64,000 nucleotides of DNA from an uncultured Treponema sp. (GTDB lineage Bacteria; Spirochaetota; Spirochaetia; Treponematales; Treponemataceae). The DNA lies in NCBI GenBank assembly GCA_947166545.1, contig CAMVEQ010000001.1, positions 1,136 through 65,135 of the forward strand. The letters run 5' to 3'. Shown piece by piece: positions 10,521 to 21,435 of this stretch. The notes under the pieces are model-generated. The model saw nothing but the letters and a program-made list of their open reading frames with translations. It ran no database searches and was not told the origin of the DNA. Numbering within the stretch: position 1 is the first letter of the stretch; each line of letters opens with the position of its first letter. The position numbers and the translations under genes were made by a program.

Positions 10521-11242
10521 TATTGAAAAAAGTTCTTGTTACAGGAGCTAGTGGTGGCATAGGCAAGGCCATTGCTGTAGCTTGTGCACGTGCTGGCTAT
10601 TATGTCATTGTTCATTATAATCATGGTAAAGAACGTGCAGAAGAAACTCTTTCTCAGATTGAAGCTGAAAACGGACATGGAGAACTTATTCAATTTGATG
10701 TTACCGATAGAATTGTATGCCGGCAAAAGCTTGATGAGTTAACGGAAAAACATGGTGCTTTATGGGGCGTTGTAAGTAATGCGGGTATTACTCATGATAA
10801 TACCTTTGCAGGACTTTCTGGTGAAGATTGGGACAGTGTTGTTCATACAAATCTTGACAGTTTTTATAATGTAGTGCAGCCGCTTGTAATGCCTATGTGT
10901 AGAAAGAAGGCAGGAAGAATTATTACTGTTTCTTCAATAAGTGGTATTATGGGAAATAGGGGACAGACTAATTATAGTGCTTCTAAGGCGGGGTTAATTG
11001 GTGCTGCAAAAGCTTTGGCTGTAGAGCTTGCCAGCCGTCACATTACAGTAAATGCAATTGCTCCTGGTGTGATTGAAACTGATATGATTCAAGAGGTTCC
11101 GCTCGATGTGGTGCTTCCTACAATTCCTATGAAGAGACTTGGTAAGCCTGAGGAAGTTGCGGCACTTGCAGTATTTCTTCTTTCAGAGCAGGCTGGCTAT
11201 ATTACACGACAGGTAATTTCTGTAAATGGTGGAATGGTATGA
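10505..11242 (+). CDS. fabG: 3-oxoacyl-ACP reductase (ApeQ-like)
   Basis: TGASGGIG, SNAGI, YSASK and ITRQVISVNGG motifs. Confidence 0.9.
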   Translation: MSEEIVLKKVLVTGASGGIGKAIAVACARAGYYVIVHYNHGKERAEETLSQIEAENGHGELIQFDVTDRIVCRQKLDELTEKHGALWGVVSNAGITHDNTFAGLSGEDWDSVVHTNLDSFYNVVQPLVMPMCRKKAGRIITVSSISGIMGNRGQTNYSASKAGLIGAAKALAVELASRHITVNAIAPGVIETDMIQEVPLDVVLPTIPMKRLGKPEEVAALAVFLLSEQAGYITRQVISVNGGMV

Positions 11243-12504
11243 GTTCTGAAAAATATATAAGGCATGATGGAAAACGCCGTGTTGTAATTACAGGTGGCGG
11301 AATGCTTAGTGCTCTTGGTGATGACTGGCAGGAAGCTTTTGCTGCATTGAAGTCTGGAAAAAACTGCATTGTATACATGAAAGACTGGGATGTGTTTTCT
11401 TTGATGAATACAAGATTGGCCTGTCCGTATACTAAAAATTTGCCTTCTTATCCACGTAAAAAGATTCGTGGTATGGGTAGGGTTGCTTTACTTTCTTTGG
11501 TTGCAACAGATAAAGCTTTAAAGGCTGCAGGACTTATGACTGAAGAAGGTGTTGTATCTGGAGAATTACAAAACGGAAGAACCGGTATTGCTTATGGTTC
11601 TTGCATGGGAAGCATGGATTCTATTGTAAGTCTTTATGCAATGATTGCAAATCATGATACTTCAAAAATAGATTCCCAGACTTATATAAAATGTATGCCA
11701 CAGACTTGCGCTGCAAATCTAAGTGTGTATTATGGAATTCGTGGTAGAATTATTACAACGAATACTGCTTGTACTTCTGGCAGTCAATCTATTGGCTATG
11801 CGTATGAAGCAATTGCAAACGGTATGCAGGATATAATGATTGCAGGCGGTGCAGAGGAATTGGTTTCTCCAGATGCTGCTGTTTTTGATACGATGGGAGC
11901 AACGGCAATTCTAAATGAACATCCTGAAAAAGAACCTCGTCCGTTTGATAAAAATCGTGATGGTCTTGTAATTGGCGAAGGGGCTGGAACTTTGATTTTG
12001 GAAGATATGGAGCATGCTATTAATCGTGGTGCAACGATATATGCAGAAATTGCAGGTTTTGGTACTAATGCAGATGGTACTCATATTACAAATCCTAATC
12101 GAGAGACTATGGCACAAGCTATGGAACTTGCCATTCAGGATGCTGGCATTGATAAAAATAGCATTGCATATATAAATGCTCATGGTACTGCAACGCATGC
12201 TGGTGATATAGCTGAAACTCAGGCAACATATTCTGTATTTAACAGAGCTGTGCCAATAAGTTCTACAAAGAGTTATATTGGACATACTCTTGGAGCTTGT
12301 GGCTGTATAGAAGCCTGGTGCACTGTAAATATGATGAGAGAAGGATGGTTTCATCCTACGTTAAATCTAGAAAAGGTTGACGATGAATGTGGTGCTTTGG
12401 ATTATATAAAAGGTGAGGGGCGAATAATCGGTGCTGACTATACTATGTCAAATAATTTTGCTTTCGGTGGAATAAATACATCTCTAATATTTCATAGAAT
12501 ATAA
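11239..12504 (+). CDS. Beta-ketoacyl-ACP synthase II-like (ApeR-like)
   Basis: TACTSGSQ, HGTAT, GHTLGACG and NNFAFGG motifs. Confidence 0.9.
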   Translation: MSSEKYIRHDGKRRVVITGGGMLSALGDDWQEAFAALKSGKNCIVYMKDWDVFSLMNTRLACPYTKNLPSYPRKKIRGMGRVALLSLVATDKALKAAGLMTEEGVVSGELQNGRTGIAYGSCMGSMDSIVSLYAMIANHDTSKIDSQTYIKCMPQTCAANLSVYYGIRGRIITTNTACTSGSQSIGYAYEAIANGMQDIMIAGGAEELVSPDAAVFDTMGATAILNEHPEKEPRPFDKNRDGLVIGEGAGTLILEDMEHAINRGATIYAEIAGFGTNADGTHITNPNRETMAQAMELAIQDAGIDKNSIAYINAHGTATHAGDIAETQATYSVFNRAVPISSTKSYIGHTLGACGCIEAWCTVNMMREGWFHPTLNLEKVDDECGALDYIKGEGRIIGADYTMSNNFAFGGINTSLIFHRI

Positions 12505-12540
12505 AAAAGCCGTTCATCTCTTACAGAAATGAACGGCAAA
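12505..12540. terminator. Intrinsic terminator between convergent genes
   Basis: GCCGTTCAT...ATGAACGGC stem with an A-tract on the left. Confidence 0.7.
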
Positions 12541-12582
12541 AGGATAATGAAAAGAGTTGTTTGAAAAACTGATTTTCTTATT

Positions 12583-13455
12583 TTATACAGCCTTGCTTTC
12601 AACAGCATGAAGAATTCCGTTCTGGTAAGCGTAGCTGTACAAGATTTCTGAAATGTCGCCAAGTGGCTTTTTAATATTAAGTGGCTGGTCAAATCCAAGA
12701 TTGTACATGAAAGACATAAGTTCTTTTGTGCTCTCTGGATTCCAGAGTTTTGCATTGTCAATGTCTACAAATACACAGTGTTCTGAATCTGCAATTGCCT
12801 TAATGTGACGGTTCATTTCATCAAATGCATGACGGTTTGTGCTGTCAATGTTAGAAACAAGAGCAATTCTTCTTTCTTTATTTGTCTGCTTAATGAATGA
12901 AATCAAGTCAATGTATTTGATGTCAAATTCTGCTGAGTTTCTTTTGAACAGGTCTACGTCATCTACTCCGAGGTGAATAATAACAGCTTCTGGATGAAGT
13001 GCTTCTACCTGCTCAGAGAATGTCTTTTTTGCATCTTTGAGAGAAAGATTGTAAGAACTTCTGTTGTACATCTTGAAGTTAAACTCGTAGTTCTGTGCAA
13101 TTTCTGCAACAGGAATCTCTTTGTCTACAGCACCTCCGAAAAGGATTACTGCATCACTTTCTTCATTGTTTGTTCTGAACATAGTCTCTGTCCTCCTATC
13201 TAATGAACGGTTTCTAAAATATACAGCTAAATTTGTAAGCACTATTACAAGATTTAAGAAATATACGAACAAAACATAATTCATCTGATGATTCATGAAT
13301 TTTGCCGTAATGCCAGCCAGATAGCCAGTTATAATCAAAAGGATAAAAGCAAGGCTTGTTCCTTTTGCCGATTTAGCTTTATATGCTTTTATTACATTCA
13401 GTGGCCAAGAAAAGCCAAAGCATACCAGCATTGCAGTCTCAAATAAAGATCCCAT
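12583..13455 (-). CDS. PQ-loop-like 3-TM domain fused to degenerate SGNH/GDSL-like domain
   Basis: MLVCFGFSWP..KAYKAKSAKGTS N-terminus, then an alpha/beta domain (VILFGG, VIIHLGVDD). ATG 13455 follows GGAGG. Confidence 0.65.
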   Translation of the reverse strand: MGSLFETAMLVCFGFSWPLNVIKAYKAKSAKGTSLAFILLIITGYLAGITAKFMNHQMNYVLFVYFLNLVIVLTNLAVYFRNRSLDRRTETMFRTNNEESDAVILFGGAVDKEIPVAEIAQNYEFNFKMYNRSSYNLSLKDAKKTFSEQVEALHPEAVIIHLGVDDVDLFKRNSAEFDIKYIDLISFIKQTNKERRIALVSNIDSTNRHAFDEMNRHIKAIADSEHCVFVDIDNAKLWNPESTKELMSFMYNLGFDQPLNIKKPLGDISEILYSYAYQNGILHAVESKAV

Positions 13456-13630
13456 TTTTTCCTCCAAGCAGAAGTTCAAACTTCTGCTTTTATTTTTTAC
13501 AGTTTTTATCATACTGTGTTGCAGAAAAATTACAATTTTTTTGAAATATAAAAAATAATTTCTATGATTTTGCATGTTTTTTTTATTTAAAAAAGGTTTT
13601 TGAAAATTGAAAATCTGCTATAGTAAAAGA

Positions 13631-15253
13631 GTGAAGAATTCAAAGATTGCTAAGAAAGGTTCTCTTAATACGATTCGAAAAGAAATGCAGAGAACTCATT
13701 TGTTTTTGATAGTTGTAATTACTATTCTGCTAAGTTTGGGTGGTGCTTACATAAATTTGAATGCAAATGCGCAGGCTGTTGATCAGAATTTACTTAACAC
13801 TGCCGATTTAATTTCCCGTCTGTATAGCTTTACAAAAAATCTATCAGATAAAGACTTTTGTTCATATTTTAATTCTGTGTGTAATGAGCTGCCGAATGTT
13901 GATGTTATATCAATAGTAGATTCTAAAAATGTCCGCCTGTATCACACAAATAATAATTTGATTGGAACTGAGTTTGATGGAACATTTCCAGATTTGCAGG
14001 AAAATAAAAAAGGCTTTCACGTTGTAGATGAAAACGGTCCTTCTGGTCCTCAGCGAAGAACGTATGCTGCTATATATGATGAAAATGGAGATTACTGTGG
14101 TTTTATAATGACTATAATCTTAAAGACCTCCATTCATTCTGTAACAGAAAAAACAATACTTCTTTTTATTGCCGTAACCATTGCTGCAATTCTGATTGAG
14201 ATTGTAATTTCAGGTACATTTTCTAGACGCATAAAACAGAAACTTCTTGGATATGAGCCAGATACATTTTCTTCAATGTTTACTATCCGCGATAATATTC
14301 TGGAATCAATACATGACGGTATTATTGCGGTTGATGATGAAAAGAATGTTCAATTTATGAATGCTGTTGCAAAGAAAATTCTCGACTGTGACGCAAATGA
14401 AAAAATAAATCTTATTAATGAAAAGGTTTTTGTAGAAAAGTTTTTGTGTAATACTATTAAAACAGGTCAGAGTACATTCGGCATTCAGGAAAAAACAAAC
14501 AGCGGTACAGATCTTCTTTTGGACTGCATTCCTGTAATGAAAGGTTCTGAAATTAACGGAGCTGTTGCAATTCTTCATGACCGTACGGAATATATAAAGC
14601 TCATGGAAGATTTGTCTGGCACAAAATATCTGGTTGATTCCATGAGGGCAAACAATCATGATTTTACAAATAAACTGCACGTTATTCTTGGATTAATTCA
14701 GATTGGAGAATATGACAAAGCTGTATCATATATAGAAAACATTTCAATTATTCAGAGGGAAACTTTAAGTAAAGTTATGCATTCTGTTGACAATCCATCT
14801 TTTGCGGCTCTGCTTATTGGTAAGATTGCCCGTGCTTCAGAATGTAACGTAAAGTTTGTATTAAAGGAAGGAATTCATTTTAAGGATGCAGACATTCAGT
14901 TACCATCGGAAGCTCTTGTGACAATTGTTGGAAATCTTATAGATAATGCATTGGATTCTATGAACATGAAAATTTCTCTTGATAGTGTATGCAATCCTGC
15001 TGGAAGAGAATTGATTTTTGGAGCATTTACAAAAACTGGGGAGTTATTAATTACAGTAACTGATAAAGGTTGCGGTATTCCCGATGACATAAAAGAAAAA
15101 GTATTTGAAAATGGTTTTTCAACAAAAGGAACAGGACGTGGTGTTGGACTGTATCACACGAAGCAACTGGTTGAAAGTCTTGGAGGAAAAATTTCCTTTG
15201 AATCTCAGGCTGGAACAGGAACGTGTTTTATAGTAAGCTTTAAACAGTGCTAA
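13631..15253 (+). CDS. CitA/DcuS/MalK-family sensor histidine kinase
   Basis: Two TMs, PAS domain, RANNHDFTNKLH H-box, GNLIDNA, DKGCG and GFSTKG..GVGL. Start (GTG 13631) uncertain. Confidence 0.88.
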   Translation: MKNSKIAKKGSLNTIRKEMQRTHLFLIVVITILLSLGGAYINLNANAQAVDQNLLNTADLISRLYSFTKNLSDKDFCSYFNSVCNELPNVDVISIVDSKNVRLYHTNNNLIGTEFDGTFPDLQENKKGFHVVDENGPSGPQRRTYAAIYDENGDYCGFIMTIILKTSIHSVTEKTILLFIAVTIAAILIEIVISGTFSRRIKQKLLGYEPDTFSSMFTIRDNILESIHDGIIAVDDEKNVQFMNAVAKKILDCDANEKINLINEKVFVEKFLCNTIKTGQSTFGIQEKTNSGTDLLLDCIPVMKGSEINGAVAILHDRTEYIKLMEDLSGTKYLVDSMRANNHDFTNKLHVILGLIQIGEYDKAVSYIENISIIQRETLSKVMHSVDNPSFAALLIGKIARASECNVKFVLKEGIHFKDADIQLPSEALVTIVGNLIDNALDSMNMKISLDSVCNPAGRELIFGAFTKTGELLITVTDKGCGIPDDIKEKVFENGFSTKGTGRGVGLYHTKQLVESLGGKISFESQAGTGTCFIVSFKQC

Positions 15254-15268
15254 AGCGCAGGAGAAGGT

Positions 15269-15943
15269 ATGTCTTATAGTGTTTTAATTGTAGAAGATGA
15301 TCCAATGGTTGCAATGATAAACGAACAGTATGTTCGCAGAAATAAACAGTTTTCTGTGTGTGGTTCGTGCAGAAATGGGCAGGAAGCTCTTGATTATCTT
15401 GCAACTGGCAAAGTTGATCTTATAATTATGGATGTATACATGCCATTCATGGACGGAATTGAAACTCTTAAGCTGATACGTGAAAAGAAATTTAATACAG
15501 AAGTTATAATGGTAACAGCTGCAAATGATACCGCAACTTTGGAAAACACTATGCATCTTGGCGTGATTGACTATTTAATAAAGCCGTTTGCTTATGAACG
15601 TTTTCAGGTTTCACTTGAAAAGTTTGCGGCAAAAATGTCTGCTTTACACGGTACTTCAATTTTGGATCAGAACAGCGTTGACAATATTATTACCAGTGTA
15701 AAAAAGAATGTATCAAAAGATTATCCGAAAGGCATTCAGGAAAAGACTTTGCAGCTGATTTTATCATATTTGAAAGAACAGCGTGGCTGGACCAGCGGTG
15801 ACAGCATTGCAGAAAATGTAGGACTTTCAGGCGTTACCGTCAGACATTACATGACTTACATGGTGTCCGTTGGAAAAGCAGAAGAAAGCATAAACTATGA
15901 AACAGGCGGTCGGCCTTGTGTATTGTATAAGAAATTGTCATAG
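15269..15943 (+). CDS. CitB/DcuR/MalR-family response regulator
   Basis: VEDDPMVA, MDVYMP, DYLIKPF and PKGIQEKTL motifs; C-terminal HTH ending GGRP. Confidence 0.9.
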   Translation: MSYSVLIVEDDPMVAMINEQYVRRNKQFSVCGSCRNGQEALDYLATGKVDLIIMDVYMPFMDGIETLKLIREKKFNTEVIMVTAANDTATLENTMHLGVIDYLIKPFAYERFQVSLEKFAAKMSALHGTSILDQNSVDNIITSVKKNVSKDYPKGIQEKTLQLILSYLKEQRGWTSGDSIAENVGLSGVTVRHYMTYMVSVGKAEESINYETGGRPCVLYKKLS

Positions 15944-16023
15944 CTTTTGGTGATAGCATTTACAAATAGAATAAATTATCTTATACTGACTTAAAATAAT
16001 GTAAACTTAGGGAGTTGGATAAG

Positions 16024-16840
16024 ATGAAAAGATTGATTTTAAGTACAATCGCATTTATGTTTGCCATTACAGCAAATATTTATTCTGCTGGAAAAGATGG
16101 ATGGGGGGGGGGCTTCTGATAATGATTTTATCAAAGCGGATGCAGGCAAGATAATCTTGCAAGATGGAACTCTTTTAGAGCCTAAAGAATTTAATTATGA
16201 TACCTACGATATTGATAATCCTCCAGTCGCAGTTGTTGCCTTCGAGCGTGATGGAAAACTTTACGGCATAGGATTACAGACAGAAGCTAAACTTGAATGG
16301 GCTGTAAAGAAAACAACGGGTGAAAACATGAGGTTTTCTAAGACAGTATGTAGACCTAAAGTTCATAAAGTTATGTTAGAACCTGAAGCTAATACTTACA
16401 CGGGTGATATAGATGGAAGCGATAACTGGGCAGAAATCTGTGCTGCTGATCCAGAAGGCTCAAAATATGTTTCTAATTATCCTATATTTAATTTTGCAGA
16501 AACTTACGGTAAAGTTCACAGCTATTCTGGAGAGCTTGAGACTGGATGGTATATACCGAGCATTGCGGAGCTGTCAAACGTCATAAGGAATGTTTTTGAA
16601 ATTAACAGAGGTTTCAAAGCCATCTATAAGATAGACAAAAAGCTTGGTATTGACGGTATATCGCTTGGATGTTGTTATTGGTCATCATCTCAGGATGCTC
16701 AAGATGCAGAGGATGCTTGGATTATAGTTGCAAGAAGCGGTTTCCTTAATAATGCTACTAAAAAGTCTTTAAGAACGAAGGATTTGCAGGTCTTTGTCCT
16801 TCATGAATTTTATAAACCAGCTGATGATATAGAAGAATAG
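16024..16840 (+). pseudogene. Secreted DUF1566/C-type-lectin-like protein frameshifted at a G10 tract (phase-variable or sequencing error)
   Basis: ATG 16024 encodes signal peptide MKRLILSTIAFMFAITANIYSA and stops just after G10 (16103-16112). The +1 frame continues with WYIPSIAEL and YWSSSQ motifs; G9 would join the two frames. Confidence 0.75.
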
Positions 16841-17039
16841 TTTTTAACAGTCATTTATAGGAACATTATTTCCGAAGCAATTTTATTATTACTTTTTTTG
16901 TAAAAATTCTGAAATATATGCAGATATCCTTGATTTTATTCAAGAATATCTGCTTTTTTTTTGCATTTTGCATAAATATGCATAAAGTTTATTTACAAGA
17001 AAGTTAAATTGCAGTATACTTAAAAATGTTTTAGCAGTT

Positions 17040-17525
17040 ATGAACTTTCAACCTTCGTTACAGAAAATAATTCAGTCATTTGAGCGTTACTACACAATAA
17101 AGACAGAAAATGTAAGCTCTCCATTTGTTGCAGAAGCTGAATTTCATTCTCATACGGAGCAATATTTTCTTGTGCGCGAAGCAAAACTTGCAGACATAGA
17201 TTCAAATGAATATGTCTTTTTTGCAGAAGTTCCGCTTCTTACGCAGGAAAAAGTTCTGGAACTGGACTTTAGGGCATGGGAAGAAGGACTTTCCCGCATA
17301 AAGCCGTATTCAGGACACAGAAACTCAGACGTTACGTTGATAATCGTAGCTGATAAAATAGAAGAGAAAGTTTTTAAGCAGATAAAAAAAATCAAGCACA
17401 CAAAATCCTATTACCTCAGTTTCTGGGGATGGAGCAATTACAGGTTAATGGCGTATGAGGTTTCGAGCGGGAAAGCCGTAACAAATAGGCTTGGCTCAGA
17501 CTTGAAAAAACTCATTCGTTTATAA
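17040..17525 (+). CDS. Conserved hypothetical protein
   Basis: 161 aa ORF directly upstream of cstA; no motif recognised. Confidence 0.7.
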   Translation: MNFQPSLQKIIQSFERYYTIKTENVSSPFVAEAEFHSHTEQYFLVREAKLADIDSNEYVFFAEVPLLTQEKVLELDFRAWEEGLSRIKPYSGHRNSDVTLIIVADKIEEKVFKQIKKIKHTKSYYLSFWGWSNYRLMAYEVSSGKAVTNRLGSDLKKLIRL

Positions 17526-17549
17526 TATCTCTAGGAGGAGAATAAAAAA

Positions 17550-19316
17550 ATGACAGCATTACTTATTATTCTTGCTGCAATTGCTTTGCTCTTCATCGGC
17601 TATGTTTGTTACGGATCATGGCTTGCAAAGCAGTGGGGTATTGACCCTAAAAAAAAGACGCCTGCAAATGAAATGACAGATGGCGTTGACTACGTTCCTG
17701 CAAAACCTGCAGTTCTTATGGGACATCACTTCTCATCAATTGCTGGTGCTGGTCCAATTAACGGTCCTATTCAGGCAGCCGTATTCGGATGGGTTCCTGT
17801 ATTCCTGTGGTGTGTTGTAGGCGGTATCTTCTTTGGCGGATTGCAGGACTTCGGTTCTCTCTTTGCTTCTATCCGTCATGGTGGAAAATCTGTAGGTGAA
17901 ATTATTAAATCTTCAATGGGTAAGACAGCTAAAAAGCTCTTTATCATTTTTGCCCTTTTGGTATTGATTCTTGTTATTGCATCGTTTGTAAATGTTGTGG
18001 CTGCAACATTCCTTACAGCAGCAGATGCAAATCAGTTTGGATTTGTCCTTCATCCAACAGGAAATCAGACAACTGCAATGATTTCTTTCCTGTTTATTGT
18101 TCTTGCAGTTATCTATGGAATTATGACTAACCGTCTTGGAGTAAAGACTCTTCCTGCAACAATCATTGGCATTGTAGCAATCGTAGGAATTGTTATTCTT
18201 GGACTGAATGTTGGTCTTGCATTGAACCGCAACGCATGGATTGTATTGATTGGTTTGTATATTGCAGTAGCTTCTCTTATTCCTGTATGGATTATGCTTC
18301 AGCCACGTGATTATCTTTCTTCATTCCTTCTTTATGCAATGATGTTAATTGCTGTTGTTGGAATTGTTTTTGCTGCATTTGCTGGCGGTTCACGTGGAGT
18401 ACAGTTTGGACTTCCTGCATTTACTGGCTGGAAAACAGCAATCGGAAATCTTTTCCCTGCTTTGTTCATTACCGTTGCTTGTGGTGCATGTTCTGGCTTC
18501 CACTCTTTGATTGCATCTGGTACATCTTCAAAGCAGCTTGACAACGAAAAGAATGCAAAAGCAATTGGATATGGTTCAATGCTTATTGAATCTGCACTTG
18601 GAATTATCTCTCTTATTTCAATTGGAATTATCGTAGGTTCTATGAAAGACCAGACCTTCATTACAAAAAATGATGCAGGTCTTATGGCATTCAAGGGCTC
18701 TCCTGCTGCAGCATTCGGAGAAGGAATTGCATATCTTTTTGGTGACAAGTCAACAACCGCCTTTAATACAATCAAGGCATTGCTTACTCTCGCTGTTTCT
18801 GTTTTTGCACTTACATCCCTTGACTCTGCAACACGTCTGAGCCGTTTTATGTTCTCAGAATTATTCTTGAAGGATAATGAAGCTACATGGAAAGATGCAA
18901 AGAGCCCTGTTCGTAAGACTCTTGCAAATCCTATTGTTGGAACTGCATTCATGGTTGTTATTGGATGTATTCTTGGTGGTCTTTCACTGTCTCAGATTTG
19001 GGGCTTGTTCGGTTCTGCAAACCAGTTGCTCGCAGGCATTGCTTTGATGGCTGTTGCTGCTTGGCTTGGTCAGGTTGGAAAGAACAACAAGATGTTCTTT
19101 ATTCCAACTGTATTCATGCTTTGTGCAACGCTTACACAGCTTGTAATTACTGTAATTGGCAAGATTAAGATTTTCACTGGTGCCGCAAAGGCAACAGGCC
19201 CTATGTGGGGGCATTGGTTCCAGTTCTTCTTTGCAGCTGCAATGGCAATTCTTGCTGTAATTCTTGTAATTGAAGGTATAAAGACTTTCTCAAAACAGGC
19301 AAAAAAATCTAACTAA
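17550..19316 (+). CDS. cstA: Carbon starvation protein A family transporter
   Basis: DGVDYVPA, GHHFSSIAGAGPINGP, ACGACSGFHSL and TSLDSATRL motifs. Confidence 0.93.
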   Translation: MTALLIILAAIALLFIGYVCYGSWLAKQWGIDPKKKTPANEMTDGVDYVPAKPAVLMGHHFSSIAGAGPINGPIQAAVFGWVPVFLWCVVGGIFFGGLQDFGSLFASIRHGGKSVGEIIKSSMGKTAKKLFIIFALLVLILVIASFVNVVAATFLTAADANQFGFVLHPTGNQTTAMISFLFIVLAVIYGIMTNRLGVKTLPATIIGIVAIVGIVILGLNVGLALNRNAWIVLIGLYIAVASLIPVWIMLQPRDYLSSFLLYAMMLIAVVGIVFAAFAGGSRGVQFGLPAFTGWKTAIGNLFPALFITVACGACSGFHSLIASGTSSKQLDNEKNAKAIGYGSMLIESALGIISLISIGIIVGSMKDQTFITKNDAGLMAFKGSPAAAFGEGIAYLFGDKSTTAFNTIKALLTLAVSVFALTSLDSATRLSRFMFSELFLKDNEATWKDAKSPVRKTLANPIVGTAFMVVIGCILGGLSLSQIWGLFGSANQLLAGIALMAVAAWLGQVGKNNKMFFIPTVFMLCATLTQLVITVIGKIKIFTGAAKATGPMWGHWFQFFFAAAMAILAVILVIEGIKTFSKQAKKSN

Positions 19317-19338
19317 AATAAAAAATTAAGATAAATTG

Positions 19339-19378
19339 AAAGCCACATTGCGTTTTAAGGCGTAATGTGGCTTTTTTT
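19339..19378 (+). terminator. Intrinsic terminator after cstA
   Basis: AAAGCCACATTGCG...CGTAATGTGGCTTT followed by a T-tract. Confidence 0.8.
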
Positions 19379-19498
19379 ATGTATTTTTTTTTGAATAATC
19401 AGCTTTTTTGCTCCGATACATATTTGATGGTAGAAATTTTATAAAAGTCTTGTTATAATTAAAAGGCTACTAACCAGTATAAAATAAAGGAGTTGTTT

Positions 19499-21361
19499 AT
19501 GGCTGAATCAAAAGTTACAGAACCTTCAAAAAAGATATATCTATATTGTGCTTTGATGTGTTCTGCACCTGCTATTTCTTGTTCAATATTTTCACTTTTT
19601 TGCAATCTTTTTACAGTTGCAGAATTATTTAAATGTGCATTTTCACCTCTTTCTCTGATATATGCTGTATTTTTTATAGCAATAATAATTTTAATTCAGA
19701 AATGGGTGATTTCAAAATATAGTTCTTATGACGGTTCTGAATCTTCATGCGACTCGCTTAATAATTTGCATCCGCTTGTTATCAGTTCTTTCATAACTAT
19801 ACTTATTATTAATGCATTGGGCTATCCATTTGTATTTGCATCAGCTGCAATAAAATATAATGTTGCAACATTCAATTTGACTGCATTTCTGAATGCATCT
19901 GTTGGTTCAACTTTCCTTGTAGCACTGATTTTCTACATTCTTTGGCTTGAAAACTTTGAAGCATGGCTCAGCTTCCTTCCTTTCATGGAAAAGCACCTGA
20001 AAATGAATCTTTTGTCCCGCTTTTTGCTGGTAAATATTTTTTCAGCAATAGGTCTTGTTCTTCTTTTGCTTGCTCCAATGTTTATGGATGCAAATGAAGG
20101 AAAATCTTTGGGTGAGCTTTTTTCTAGATACATGCTTCCTACAGCTATAGTAGGAGTTCTTTTGAACGGTATGGGCTTTATGACTATGGTAAGAAGCCTT
20201 ACTGGCAGAATTAACTTGATTTCTGAATTTGCACGTAAACTTGCAGATGGTAATTACACAATGAATCTTCTTGAAGTACGTTCAAGGGATGAATTTGGTG
20301 TTCTTGTACACAATCAGAATATCTTCTATAAGACAACAAAAGGACTTCTTGATAGCGTTAAAGGCTCTGTTTCTACATCTAAGGGCTTTGGTGAAAGCCT
20401 TGAAGGTCAGATGTCTGATACAGCCACTTCCGTAGAGCAGATTGTAACTAACATAAAAGACGTAAAAGAATTAATGGAAAATCACGCTGCAGGCGTTGTA
20501 AACGTATCTTCTGCAATGGAAATGATTACCAAAAACATTGATATGCTCAATCAGAGCATTGAAACTCAGGCATCTGCCGTTGAGCAGAGTTCTGCAGCTG
20601 TTCGTGAGATGGTTGCAAACATTCAGAGTGTTACTAATATTCTTGCAAAGAATGCTGATGCCGTTAAGAAACTTGGTGATGCTTCTGATGAAGGTAACAA
20701 GCGTGTTAATGATGCCGTTGCCATGTCCGATAAAATCCTTTCAGAATCTTCTGGTTTGCTTGATGCTTCTGCTGTTATTCAGAACATTGCAGATCAGACA
20801 AACCTTCTTGCTATGAATGCTGCTATTGAGGCTGCCCATGCAGGTGAAGCTGGTAAGGGATTTGCTGTTGTTGCTGATGAAATCCGTAAGCTTGCAGAAC
20901 AGAGTAATGCTCAGGGACGTAAGATTTCTGAAAGTCTTCAGTCTCTTGAAGAGATTATTAAGGGCGTTTCTGCCAGCACAAAGGCTTTGCAGACCCAGTT
21001 TGCCGTTATCTTTGATTTGACACAGACTGTTAAGACACAGGAAGATGTTGTCATGAATGCAATGAATGAGCAGAATGCTGGTAGTACACAGATTATTGAT
21101 GCTATGCGTAGTATTGATGATTCTACAATCAGCGTTAAGCAGGGTGCAAGCGAAATGCTTACCGAAGGAAAGACTGTCAGCACCGAAATTCACAAGCTTG
21201 AAAATACAACATCTTCCGTATCAGACTTTATTGAAAAGATGCTGGCTGGTACAGACCGCATCGTAAGTCTTATGGACAACGGAAAAGAATCTTCTGTTAA
21301 GAACTATGATGCTCTTAAGGTTTTGGAAGATATGACAATGAAATTTAAGCTTAAGTCTTAA
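19499..21361 (+). CDS. Methyl-accepting chemotaxis protein (multi-TM, HAMP)
   Basis: [38 protein letters not shown] signalling hairpin. Confidence 0.93.
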   Translation: MAESKVTEPSKKIYLYCALMCSAPAISCSIFSLFCNLFTVAELFKCAFSPLSLIYAVFFIAIIILIQKWVISKYSSYDGSESSCDSLNNLHPLVISSFITILIINALGYPFVFASAAIKYNVATFNLTAFLNASVGSTFLVALIFYILWLENFEAWLSFLPFMEKHLKMNLLSRFLLVNIFSAIGLVLLLLAPMFMDANEGKSLGELFSRYMLPTAIVGVLLNGMGFMTMVRSLTGRINLISEFARKLADGNYTMNLLEVRSRDEFGVLVHNQNIFYKTTKGLLDSVKGSVSTSKGFGESLEGQMSDTATSVEQIVTNIKDVKELMENHAAGVVNVSSAMEMITKNIDMLNQSIETQASAVEQSSAAVREMVANIQSVTNILAKNADAVKKLGDASDEGNKRVNDAVAMSDKILSESSGLLDASAVIQNIADQTNLLAMNAAIEAAHAGEAGKGFAVVADEIRKLAEQSNAQGRKISESLQSLEEIIKGVSASTKALQTQFAVIFDLTQTVKTQEDVVMNAMNEQNAGSTQIIDAMRSIDDSTISVKQGASEMLTEGKTVSTEIHKLENTTSSVSDFIEKMLAGTDRIVSLMDNGKESSVKNYDALKVLEDMTMKFKLKS

Positions 21362-21435
21362 AATTAAGACATATTCCTTCTATTATAAATGTAATTTAAA
21401 TGATATAATCCCCTCACGCTTGAGGGGATTTTTTT

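Noticed and set aside
19392-19419. Sigma28 promoter for the MCP (TCCGATAC)
   Set aside because: The -35 match is poor, and a TGTTATAAT sigma70-like box lies closer to the gene.
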